DNA of 63,684 nucleotides, filler included, from Phoronis australis (Eukaryota; Animalia; Phoronida): assembly GCA_002633005.1 (NCBI GenBank). It is 6 parts of 6 records of this genome, joined end to end, with 100 filler letters (N's around TTAATTAATTAA, not from the genome) between each part and the next. Parts side by side here need not be neighbours in the genome. Positions count along the whole stretch, not along the records: positions 1 to 21,131 come from NMRA01001349.1; positions 21,232 to 28,814 come from NMRA01002005.1; 4 more parts are not named here. One strand, 5' to 3'. Below are positions 11,759 through 22,457 of this stretch, piece by piece. The position numbers and the translations under genes were made by a program. Each line of letters starts with the position of its first letter. Within the stretch, counting starts at the first letter, position 1. The notes under the pieces were generated by a model. It was not told the origin of the DNA and did no database searches. It saw nothing but the letters and a program-made list of their open reading frames with translations.

Positions 11759-12974
11759 GTAAGTATCCCAAGTTAATGTCCTTGCTAGAACAACGGAGTC
11801 GTCTTAAATAACAGTGTAGGCTACTACTCGACACTATATGAACCGTTCAGTCCACAGCGTAATTATAAACTTGAGCTGTTTGATTGACCTCACGCGTGAC
11901 CAAGCAGTCTCTGTTATTGTCTTTTGATACAATGTATTACTGACTTCTGTCGCACCCGCTGTCACACCATGGTGTATTAAAGAGGTACTATCTGATATTT
12001 CTTGGATGAAAAATTTAAAGGTGCGCTATCCCAAATTCTTTAGTTGAGAAAATGTGGCCACTGTGAATTCATATATGTAGTTCCTCGTGATAACATGTAA
12101 CATGCAAAGCCTGCTTTTCTGAAGCCCAAAAACTACCTACTAATTTAAAAAGGAGCACGCAGAAATTTGGACTCCTGTTGAGGGAGTAGATCTGTACGTG
12201 AAAGATGCAATACAATCCCTTTGACGAGTATGCTGTGCCTGTTCTGAAAGGCCACCACCGGCATAATCCGGATCACGTTCCTCGCAAGACCAGCCCAACT
12301 TATGGGTTCTTCATGAAGCACGGCAGAAGTTTGAAGTGTATAGTCACGGCTAAATACCAACATAGTGGCGAGGCTCGTGGTCTATGAATTCCGCGCACAA
12401 TGATTTTTTTAGGAATGTCGGATCTTATTGATGAATTGAAGACGTGACTGTAGAGTTTTAGAACTGTAGGTAAGGCATTTTTCACATGAACACGCATGGG
12501 CTGGGTGCTTATTTTGGCGAAGTCTGGAAACGCGTGAAGGGGGGGCTCTCATAGGGCGAATTTGGTATATAAAAATTGAAGACAGGAAAAAATATCCATA
12601 ATTTCTCCATTGATTTATTTTTTCATTTGTCTTTGAATTAAAATCAAGCCATGGCATATATGAAATAGTCCAGTGATAATACTATGGCTAAAACTAACCC
12701 GACAGCTCACGCGCGTTTGTCAAGTAAGAAAGGCAAAGAAATACTTTGGAAGGCAAAAAAGATACTTAAAATGCAATCAGATTGCACGAGCTTTCATTTG
12801 GTCGTCGTCTGCACTGGTTCATAGACATAACGCATCGCTGTCATCAGAATATATGTGAGAAGTATTTTTGTTGCGAAGTGAGCTATTTTCTAGCACCAAA
12901 TATATCGTGGTGACAAGGCTAAAGGCAAGAAGGCCCGTGGCCGTGGTCTTGATGAGGGAGTTTAATACACTAAC

Positions 12975-13123
12975 CTTGACGCTATGTGAAGCCAAGCATC
13001 TCGCTTGGAGCTTTGTGTGACAGAGGATGAAAATTTGGAAGATGAAACGTCATTGTGCTCGGCCACACCAGCAACCAAGCGAGATAGCTCCGCTACCAAA
13101 AAGTTCGGCTTCCTTTTGTCCAT
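12975..13123 (-). pseudogene. Harbinger Myb/SANT-like DNA-binding ORF2, first exon
   Basis: MDKRKPNFLVAELSRLVAGVAEHNDVSSSKFSSSVTQSSKRDAWLHIAS then AG|GTTAGT; not in the ORF track. Confidence 0.8.
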
Positions 13124-13383
13124 GTCGTCTGCTGCAAAAGCGCTTCTTTCTCCACCTCCAAGGTTTGAAACTTCCGCATCCGGTAAGCTACGTCAAACTT
13201 AAGACAAAACTTAAGTCAAAAACTTAAGACGAACTTAAGATCACTTTCTTGGAACGGACTTAAGACAAACTTAAGATTTGTCTTAAAATTGACTTAAGTT
13301 TAAGATTAGTCTTAGCTAAGACAGTTTTCTTGGAACGGGCCCCTGCATTGTACGAAAATATGATTCGTCTTGAACCACCGTCT

Positions 13384-14600
13384 CTACATAACACCCTTGG
13401 CAACAATAGCTAGTAGTAAATAACTGGCATAAAAATGATCCAACTTAATTTGCATAGAATTAAAAAATGCTTCATCAAAATACACACATTCCAAGTGAAT
13501 ATCATTTCTCTCTAAGACGAAGAAGTCACGCCATGCTTCACCTGTAATGCCCAATTGACCAATACATGGCTCATAATACTTGTTCTCAGTTCCAAACCAC
13601 TTTCAGCGGCTTTCAAATAGTCTGCCTCTGTCACACTATCCTTCTTTTGTACACTTTACTTCAAGTAGTCTCCAATTGGGGTTGGAATCGGAGTCGTAGA
13701 TGTGCTGGTCAGGACTGCATCCTAAGTGAGGGTTTAGTACAAAACCAACTTCATGTATGTCATTGTCAAAATCAGTGGAATATTTAGCAGCAGCAACAGC
13801 TTCGTTGTAAATGGAAAACTGAATTGCTTCTGTAACAACAGCCTTTTTTCTAAAGGTCCACTGTTGGCACTGTAAACCGACCTTCCTTTGATATTATGGC
13901 TTTGAAATTGGAGGCTGTTATTCGATGTCTTCTTAAGTGATACCACTCTTGGCGTTATTTTGTGCCGTGGTGTCTTTTTCATACTGTTGCAATTAATTAA
14001 AAACGTTTCTTTGGATCTTTAGATAATGTGTTAATCAGCAAGAAGTGAATGTGGATAAAAATTTAAGATTAACACATGCAAACTGAAGGCTGGAGGGATC
14101 TCTGACCCAATAAAACACGAAGTTCATCAGGCTTCTCTTGATAGGACATCATAAACCGCTTTGGTACTTGACCAAATTTACTGTCTACCAAGCTTATATC
14201 TTCCATCAGACTCCACAGATGCACCGATTGTGCTGGTGTACTTTGTACGTTAAATACGGGCAACAGTTGCTGAACTGTGTGCTGGACTTCACTGAGTGGC
14301 ACTGGTATTGGGCTCCACATGTTTTTTCTGACTCCATCTTCATAATGGTCTTTCTTGGGGAGTGGGTCTGCAGCAGATGGGACTACTGGTTTTATGACTG
14401 TCACGTCTGTCACAGTGTGAGTTGCAAGGCCTTGTATATGTGGAAGGACATGTCATTGAGGGAGATGTTGATGAAACAATTTCTGACGCCTTGTTTATCT
14501 GCAGTTGCTGAAAGTGGCTCAGCTTGTACTCTGCTGGTCTTAAGACTGGGATGTTGGTTTGATCATTTGCACCCACACCATTGAGGAAGCTCTAGCGTCA
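13384..14600 (-). pseudogene. YqaJ/lambda-exonuclease-type ORF remnant (ISL2EU/PHIS-type transposon accessory gene)
   Basis: VDSKFGQVPK..MSYQ; GFVLNPHLGCSPD...LLEVKC; YYEPCIGQLGITGEAWRDFFV...FD; frameshifted. Confidence 0.8.
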
Positions 14601-14989
14601 TTAGAACCTCTGCAAAGTGTTTCGCAAGCATTGTCCTTTGGGGTGCTTTATGTAGCTGTGTTTAAAACAGCCACAATGGCAGACGTCTCCTTTAAAATGA
14701 GGGACACACTTGGTTTGGAATACAGCAGGCCAACACAACGGAACGGCGAACCATTCGCCAAGACCCCAAGTGTCAGTCACACCCGTTCTTACATCAAAAT
14801 GCACCTGAAATACAAGTTGAAATGAGAGTGTAGGTTCATTTCAGTACTTACACATTTTAGAAGATGAGCGATTTTTGTGAATAAAAAGTGTTCACTTGAA
14901 ATTCAATAAGTTTTGAACTATTTAAGATACCATTTTCTGTCTTGAAGACAAGTTGTTAAAAATGTCCTTGGTGGGAATTTGTGATTATA

Positions 14990-16646
14990 GGAAAGCGAAC
15001 GACGAAGTTAGATACGTAGGTGGAATGTGAAGACTTCATGTACAGAATATGAGCATTCACAAGAGATAAATTTACAATAAACCATAAAATGTTCCGCCAC
15101 TATTTTTTACTTTCCCTTCCCACTGGGTAATACGATCTCAACTGATCTGACTTGTCAATACCACCCATGTATGCATTGTACTGAAGGTTGGCTATTGGTT
15201 TACCTTCACCAACGAAAGGACTGTGAATAGAAGACAGGAAGGTAAGATGGCGTTTGTCCTTATAACTTGTATCAACCATCTCGCCTTTCCGTAGCTGGAG
15301 TATATCACCCACTTTCTTTAGTTTTGTTTTCTTTATTTTGTCTGGTAGGCCTTTGCGGTTGGCCATTATTGTTGAGCAACAATGCTTATCTACCAGCTTC
15401 AAGTGTTCGGGCAAGATTACTGACGAAAAGAAGCGGTGAAAATACAAATGGTGATGCTTGTTGTGATACGGAGATGACAAGTCCCATATAGCATCATATC
15501 CCAGACCATGTTGTCGCTGACCGTCGCGTTTTCTGCCAGTGTAGATGGAAAAGTTGCAGCAATACCCAGACGTACTTTCTCAACACTCCCACACCTTGAT
15601 ACCCCACTTTGTGGGCTTAGCAGGCATATATTGTCTAAAGAACAATCGTCCTTTAAAACCAATCATAGCTTCATCAATGCTGAGCTGTTGCTCAGGGTAG
15701 TAATTTGGTAAAAATGCTGTTCCAACCATGTCCAACATTGGTCTCACCTTATAAAGTGGATCGTATGCAGGGTCATCACGACCAGGGGTGTTGGAAGTAT
15801 CTCGGATATGTAGATACTGGCTGAGCTTCAAAAATCTTGTTTTGGGCATTACTGAGCTAATATATGAGTCCGCTAGCTTCGGGTCAGTGCTCTAGTAGCA
15901 CCATAACCTTGGCAACTGTTTTATGCTCATCAAAATGTTTATACCGAAAAACGCACGTATTTCATTGGCACTGGTTGGTCGCCATATTGAGTCAGGACCG
16001 TTCACGGCTTGTTGCTGATCTGCGTACTAGTTCGTTTCCTGGGCAACGCTCTCAAAAAACGCAGGAGGCAAAAACAAACTTAAGTAGTCCAAAAGCCTGG
16101 CATTAGCGGGCAATGTGTGTTTCAGTCCAGAAACTTCCGTAAAATTTGGCAAAACAAAGTTTTCTAACGTTTCACTCCATTGCGCATTCAAGGCGTTCAA
16201 GTCCTCGTCCTCGGAGTCAGGATCGACGGCAGAACTTTTGTCGCTGCTCACGTCCGAAACATCGATGTCGGATTCGTTAAAATCCCCACTTCTTATAGCA
16301 GCCCTCTGAGTAGCTTCTTGGATTTCTGCCACGATAAAACCATCGAAATCTGAGTCGTTATCACTGTTGTCCATTTCTCCGAAACAGGAAGTTCGATTGA
16401 CAAACTTTGGACGCAAAAAAATCGTAAGAACTCTGATAAATCTCGCTATAGCTTGTAACTAGAAATGCTAATGGTTGCTCAGGAGTTTGTAGGCCATTCA
16501 CTGTGTTTCTTGCGATAACTAAGCGAGATTTGCCATTTCTTTGGATACTGTCTTTGAGATAGTTTACTCGGGCCGTCTACGGCTGTTGTGAACATGTGAA
16601 GCCGATTTTTCCGCGGCCGTCTGTGGCTGCTATGAATGCTAAAGGG
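14990..16646 (-). mobile_element. piggyBac transposon, degenerate, 3' end missing
   Basis: TTAA|CCCTTTAG terminus at 16646-16650; acidic N-term; DPLYKVRP, SIDEAMIGFKGR, YMPAKPTKWGIK, YNAYMGGIDKSDQ; subterminal GGCCGTCTRYGGCTG repeats. Confidence 0.92.
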
Positions 16647-17059
16647 TTAAGTTGGACTCATTGGTCATTTTGAATGGAACAGCCAGCCGAACTCGCCAGG
16701 ACTTGTCAGTCAGTCAAACTCAACCGAAAAATGACACTTGTAATTCGAGTCAGAGCCCATTGCCCGTTTTAGTCCACAACTTGGTACTTAAACATTTTCG
16801 ATGGCAGCATTGAAACAAAAATGGTCCTAACTTCGCAGAACATTGACAGGTTGCAATGTGACTGAGCACTAGAGCACAGCCAAACATGTCCGTGCAGTAA
16901 AATAGTTCGCTACAGCACAATAATAATGAAACAGAGTCGCACAGTGCATGACTATAAGTAAAAATTGTATTCTATAACATTAAAATGGATGATAAACATG
17001 AATAAAACTTTATTTTGGTATGAATCGGGATCACAGCACAACGATGCGTATTAATCTTC

Positions 17060-17790
17060 AAGGGAATCCCCAGAATCCGCAGTAAACTTTTGTTTAAGTT
17101 TACTTTTCACAGGGATATTTCGTTCAATTCTGGGTCAAAATTTTCCATTAAAAAAAGAATAAATCTTTATTTCTCATGAAGAATTCGATTTTGATGGTGT
17201 CCAAACTGAAATTTGTGTGAAAGCCAAGGTACGCAGTGGCAGGCAACGCGGTAATTAGATAACTAGTAAGGATATTTGCTTCAGGTTAAACACGTGTATT
17301 TTGGTCAGGGAGTTGCTAATTTATGCGCATAATACCGTCCGCTCGAATCAATGGAAGTCGAGTGGACGCTTTTCTCAGGCCCAGCCCCAAATGTGTTTAT
17401 TAAGTCTTGTGTAACTTTTCCACTTCCACTGATGTTTTCACCTTGAGCCTTTTTTCTTTCGACAAGGGTTCTCAAAGCAGTACCCATGCACTTTGTTACA
17501 TGGTTAGGGCTCTCATCTTTTGTGATTGGATAGAAATTGGCTTCCACTAAAGCAGCTTACATCTTGGAGTCCCCGTCACTGAGCAAGGTTGAATAACGGA
17601 ATCCATGAAGATTAATGGACCTCACGAACATTTGGATGGCAGCATGCTGTTCCATAGGGAGGAACTCAACATTTCTTTGGTATTTGTATGACTCTAACCA
17701 TTCATCATAATTAGGGTCTTCTGGTTTGGGACCCAGGTCACAACCTTGACAATAATTACTCAGGGTAGTATAGTCAACGATCAATCCAGT
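17060..17790 (-). mobile_element. KolobokP / 'Mutator-like' (PF20700-type) transposase fragment
   Basis: DYTTLSNYCQGC, ME..AA..MF.RS, RYSTLLSDGDSK, KDESPNHVTKCMGTALR, SGSGKVT; possible terminus tcaa|GGGAATCC near 17060. Confidence 0.75.
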
Positions 17791-18099
17791 GTGTATTTCA
17801 ACGATCGTTGCAATTTCGTTGCGTGAGGTGCGTCACCGCTTCCGCCAACTTCTGTCGAAGCCCACAACGATATCCAGAATACCATTATCGTCGGGTAAAT
17901 GAAGAACCGGGCACAATCGAACAAAACCACAAGTATATATAACACACTGTTAACAGTCCTGTTTGGAAAAGGATACAAAATATCCAGTCTCGCACTAAAA
18001 TGTACCACACTGCTATAATATATTTCTACTGATGACTGAAACTAATCATAATAAGCATTAATTAAATGTTCAGTCTGTCTGGTTGGATTGATTTTCTTC

Positions 18100-18305
18100 C
18101 GGATGGTGAACTTTGGCATGCTGCGGTGACTGCGTGTTCTCCTTACACGCCTTGGATTGCCGAACACAATGCTCGATGACCACATCGATAGATGGCCACC
18201 AAATAAAGAAAGTGCCAAGTTCTTCATTCTGACGATACTAGAGTGTGAACCATGTAGTTCTTCTAATGCGGCGGTACGCTCCTGAGGAGGTATGATAACA
18301 CGAGC
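18100..18305 (-). mobile_element. Ty3/Gypsy integrase zinc-binding domain fragment
   Basis: ARVIIPPQERTAALEELHGSHSSIVRMKNLA / FIWWPSIDVVIEHCVRQSKAC (one frameshift). Confidence 0.8.
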
Positions 18306-18459
18306 TCACATAACAACCATCCGTCCTGCATTGTTAGCTCATGTTGGCGGGACAAATATTAGGCAGTCAAATCGTTTTGAATGTTCAAACGCGTCGGCTT
18401 CACATTTACCCCAGCGCCATTTGACACCGTTACGTAACGAATGGAACGTGGGTTATTTC

Positions 18460-19145
18460 ATTTTTATGCGCCCACATATTTATATGTTGACGCATTATGT
18501 CGTTATCTCCGTCTGTCCGTATGGGCCTGCGTCCGTCCGTACGGGCCTGCGTCCGTCCGGTGTCCGCTGCTCTGTCTCCAAAACCCTTTGACATACGTTC
18601 ATGAAATTTGGCACATATGTTCCATTCATGAATGGGACGGCATGTGCGAACTTTCTGACGGATCCGACTACTGGTGTGCCCCCTAGTGGCAATTTTATTT
18701 TTTTTACTCTTACCTTTGTATCTTCAAAAGTCCTGAACGGATTTTCATGAAATTTGGTTGTAGGCACCTATTAGTGTGATGATGCTATCCTCCTGTTTTC
18801 GTATGGATTCGACCTAGTTTGCGACACCCAGTGGCCATTTTTACTGTTTTTGAATCTGTTTTTTTAGCGTCCACCCCTCTATCAACCAAACCGCTCTAAG
18901 TATGATTGTGAAAATTGGCATGTATGTTCTTACTATGAAGAGGACGGTTGACGCTGAATTTCCCATGACTTTGATTACTGTGGTGCCTCCTTGTGGCAGT
19001 TTTTTTTTTGCCCATGGCTATATCTCCGAAACCGTTTGCAGGATCTTTACTAAATTTAGCAAGTGTATTTATGTGATGTTGACAACAGACGATGACGACT
19101 TTAGGATGATTCTGACTACCGGTATGCCTCTAGTGGCAATTTAAG
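18460..19145 (+). mobile_element. Non-autonomous Helentron/DINE-like repeat
   Basis: TTTTTA start, (TCCG)-type microsatellite, then four ~140-160 bp units sharing CATGAAATTTGG and CCTAGTGGCAATTT. Confidence 0.6.
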
Positions 19146-19251
19146 TATTTTACATTGACCTCTGTATTTTCATAGGTCTTAAGGTGTATACTTTGTGTTA
19201 CTTCGTGACTATGAAGGAAAAGTTCCAAGTAGAAATTTGTTTCTGGCATTN

Positions 19252-19328
19252 GAGTCTGCATTCTCCTCTGCCTCCTGCCTTTGTATTCCTGAGGTCGTAA
19301 ATGGCTCCATGTCCAACACCCATGGGAA
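19252..19328 (-). CDS. USP24: USP24-like deubiquitinase exon, truncated at the N at 19251
   Basis: ttcag|FPWVLDMEPFTTSGIQRQEAEENAD; phase-0 continuation of the 20066-20185 exon; resembles USP24 FPWMLNMEPYT.SG. Confidence 0.85.
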
Positions 19329-20065
19329 CTGAACAAAAAACAACCGGTTAAAATTATTTCACAGTTTTTGGAATTGCTCTGAAGTTTCCCAATCATGCAT
19401 AACTTGAGAAATGGAGGTCATCTATAGATCGTATTCCACAATTGTTTATAGTATAACCAGCATAGAATAGCACTCTAAATAGTACAAGCAAATTAGCATA
19501 TTGCAGTGTCTGTAGGAGTCCAACCCGGCTTGTTCTCTTCATACCTTCCTTTCATATTCTCAGTCATTTGTGCTGGTCACTAATAATTGATGTAAATTGA
19601 CACGATCATTTACTTTACAGCATGAAAATGTGGGAAACAATTGAACATCATATCAATAAAAACCTTGTTATCCTGAGTACAAGATCCAACTGTACCACTT
19701 CGCAGACCAGAGAAAAAAGCATAATAAGAGACTTTAGGTCCAGGAGCCCAATCGTAGCTCAGACGGTCCAAAGCACAGCCTTACAAATACAATACACTGC
19801 ATTTGTTTAGAAAAGAGAAAATGTTGCAAATGAGGCAAAGTTGATAAGTTTTCATTTCTTTCATTTGCAGACTTAATGACCACCTTCACAATTCATGTTA
19901 ATGAACTTTGTGCAAATTAAAATCTAAGTTACAACCTAAATAAGACTGGACTCATGACTTCAAAAATGGGCCCCAAACTATCAGTAGTGGACTACTTCCA
20001 ATGCTGACAAGTGTGTAAGCATAACATGTACTCCACCTATTGTCAACATTACAAGTTACACTCAC

Positions 20066-20185
20066 TTTGAAGTAGTCATCAAACTTGAGAGCTCTGTTGG
20101 CTTCCCAGTCATAACTGAATCGCTTGAGTTGTATACACAGTAGTGAGGGCAGTGTCTTGATACACATGCGCTTCATGGTGTCTCT
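20066..20185 (-). CDS. USP24: USP24-like deubiquitinase exon (120 nt, USP catalytic domain)
   Basis: ctgcag|[40 protein letters not shown]|gtgagt. Confidence 0.9.
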
Positions 20186-20513
20186 CTGCAGTGAAGAAGT
20201 GATTAATATCAAGATACATCTTCATGGTGTCTCTCTGCAGTGAAGAAGTGATTAATATCAAGATACATCTTCATGGTGTCTCTCTGCAGTGAAGAAGTGA
20301 TTAATATCAAGATACATCTTCATGGTGTCTCACTGCAGTGGAGAAGTGATTAATATCAAGATACATCTTCATGGTGTCTCTCTGCAGTGGAGAAGTGATT
20401 AATATCAAGATACATCTTCATGGTGTCTCACTGCAGTGGAGAAGTGATTAATATCAAGATACATCTTCATGGTGTCTCTCTGCAGTGGAGAATAGATTAA
20501 TATCAAGATACAT
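20171..20513. repeat. 49-bp tandem repeat, 7 copies, spanning the USP24 splice acceptor
   Basis: Unit cttcatggtgtctctctgcagtgaagaagtgattaatatcaagatacat starts at 20171, 20220, 20269, 20318, 20367, 20416, 20465. Confidence 0.97.
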
Positions 20514-21131
20514 ATTTTTCATACGAGTGATCATGGTATTTTTAACCACTTCTTCATCTTATTGTAATAAAATTGAGAATTCTTTTCATGCAGATATGCC
20601 AACATGTAAATGTCAATTTAATTGTTTCGATACAAGTGAGTGTGTTTTTTGAATGAGTGTCTTTTACCTTTACAGTTCCCTTTATTCAACATCTCAATCA
20701 TAATAATCGTGAGCTAATTGTAGAACCAATCACTATGGATTCCATTTCAAAATACATATTTGTTTTATATGATGTAATGTTATTCATAATGTAAAGATGG
20801 GGCCACACAACACCAGTCATATTCACTATTAACAAATAAATGTATTAATTTTAAAATAAAATTATCACAAATATAAGGAAACTGGTCAGTTATATTTTTA
20901 TTGCACTGGGACTCCCATAACATGTTATCAACTTGCAAAAATTAACAATTTACTACAACAAAGTACCTTAATGACGGGTTTATCCATACTACAACTGACA
21001 AAGAATGTTCAATATTCCCATTTTATCCAATTGCAGCTGTCCGCTATAACTGAGATATTTTCAGAAAAACACCAATGTCAATAAAATAGCCATCTCAGAA
21101 GCAAAAATCTTCTAAAAACATGCCCAAGCAC

Positions 21132-21231
21132 NNNNNNNNNNNNNNNNNNNNNNNNNNNNNNNNNNNNNNNNNNNNTTAATTAATTAANNNNNNNNNNNNN
21201 NNNNNNNNNNNNNNNNNNNNNNNNNNNNNNN
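21132..21231. other. Artificial contig linker N44-TTAATTAATTAA-N44 (also 28815-28914, 41426-41525, 45857-45956, 60711-60810)
   Basis: Identical 100-nt pattern five times; 12-mer gives stops in all six frames. Confidence 0.97.
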
Positions 21232-21233
21232 TG

Positions 21234-22457
21234 AACATAGTCACGGTAAGTGAATGCCTGGATAATCACGAGCTCAGCAAATCTGTTTACCCCATGGTGT
21301 TGCAAATGTCTGAAGTGCTTGGTTCTCTCCGTGAACGGTATGAAGAACTCATACGCCAGCTACCTGAACCACTTTCAACGACCAGTGAAAGGCAACGTGA
21401 CGAAGTATTACAAGAGTCGATGAGGATGCTAACATTAATTAATCTATTCCCCAAAACAGTCGATTACACAGAAATTCGTCCTAACATGTATGTATTACAC
21501 CACCAGAGCATGTCTCTTATTTATTTTGTAATAGATGTCGACAAAGCATTGCCGCATATTGATTTTGTTGTGTCAGCGGTACAAACCACTTGTCCAACTC
21601 TTGATATAGCCCACATTGTATCTGAGATTCGTGCTACAAACGGGAGAAAAAGAAATGCTGTTCTATTGCGATATCTTCATTGGTCACAAGATACATTATA
21701 CCCCTGCATTCGCTGTAATGATAGAGACGACTTTCATATCCTTCGGCAAACGTTAAATGTTTTAGAATTGATTTACTTAAAAGAAGGCAATTGGGAAAGT
21801 TCTCTTAAGTATTCGCTGGAGTTTCTGAACTTAACACTTCTTCACGAAATAAATGGTGAAAACATTGCACCCGCTCCGAAGTTTATACGATCAAGTACAA
21901 CTACAGACGATATCATTCAACTTTTAAGGACAATTTGTGCAGCAACAGGTTGTCAGCCAGACAGACTAGCGATACCGTTCCAAGTCTTTGACTCAGGTAC
22001 GTTTACTAAGCGCAAGGCTCAACACCAAGTTGTGCAACACTTCATCAGAGTTGCATTCTTGTACAGTGGGTTAACAGGCAAGTCCAATGAAAGTTTGGAA
22101 TATTTTTTCACAGCTCTTGATATGGTGCAACAATGTTTCAATATATCCCACTGTAAAAGCTTGATTTTTCGAGGGCTAGGGATTGTTTACCTTTTAACAG
22201 ACAGACATGAGTTAGCGAAATACTACTTTTTCAATGCGCTAATTAACGAACCAGGTGACCATGAACTCGAACAATTTTATAACACAGTCAAATTTTTAGC
22301 CCAATTAAAGTACGAAGTCCAGATGAATCATCATGGGGACAAACTTGTTGACATGTACTTTAACATCAACATCTATTTTCAAAAGGTGTTTACAACTTTG
22401 GCTGTGGGGTCAACGCACTCTCTAGAGATTCTAGAAATTTTTGAGAGCAAATCGTAA
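21234..22457 (+). CDS. Uncharacterised intronless ORF (387 aa from ATG 21294, open back to the gap) with TPR-like C-terminal helices
   Basis: Long open frame in AT-rich DNA; ESLEYFFTALDM...IFRGLGIVYLLTDRHELAKYYFFNALINEPGD fits the TPR pattern. Confidence 0.7.
   Translation, partial: NIVTVSECLDNHELSKSVYPMVLQMSEVLGSLRERYEELIRQLPEPLSTTSERQRDEVLQESMRMLTLINLFPKTVDYTEIRPNMYVLHHQSMSLIYFVIDVDKALPHIDFVVSAVQTTCPTLDIAHIVSEIRATNGRKRNAVLLRYLHWSQDTLYPCIRCNDRDDFHILRQTLNVLELIYLKEGNWESSLKYSLEFLNLTLLHEINGENIAPAPKFIRSSTTTDDIIQLLRTICAATGCQPDRLAIPFQVFDSGTFTKRKAQHQVVQHFIRVAFLYSGLTGKSNESLEYFFTALDMVQQCFNISHCKSLIFRGLGIVYLLTDRHELAKYYFFNALINEPGDHELEQFYNTVKFLAQLKYEVQMNHHGDKLVDMYFNINIYFQKVFTTLAVGSTHSLEILEIFESKS

Larger units (their letters stand above)
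11041..13342. mobile_element. PIF/Harbinger DNA transposon, internally deleted, TIRs and TSD intact
   Basis: 17-bp TIR GGGCCCGTTCCAAGAAA at both ends; CTG TSD at 11038-11040 and 13343-13345; CTTAAG-rich subterminal repeats; convergent transposase and Myb/SANT exons. Confidence 0.95.

Noticed and set aside
19160-19251. Continuation of the USP24 exon beyond the N
   Set aside because: Sequence after the join is not USP24-like, so linkage of the TE nest to a USP24 intron is unproven
20171-20513. CRISPR-like array
   Set aside because: Units are contiguous with no unique spacers, eukaryotic intron context, no cas genes
21176-21187. Recurrent TTAATTAATTAA palindrome as a biological motif
   Set aside because: Always centred in 44+44 Ns; artificial six-frame-stop linker
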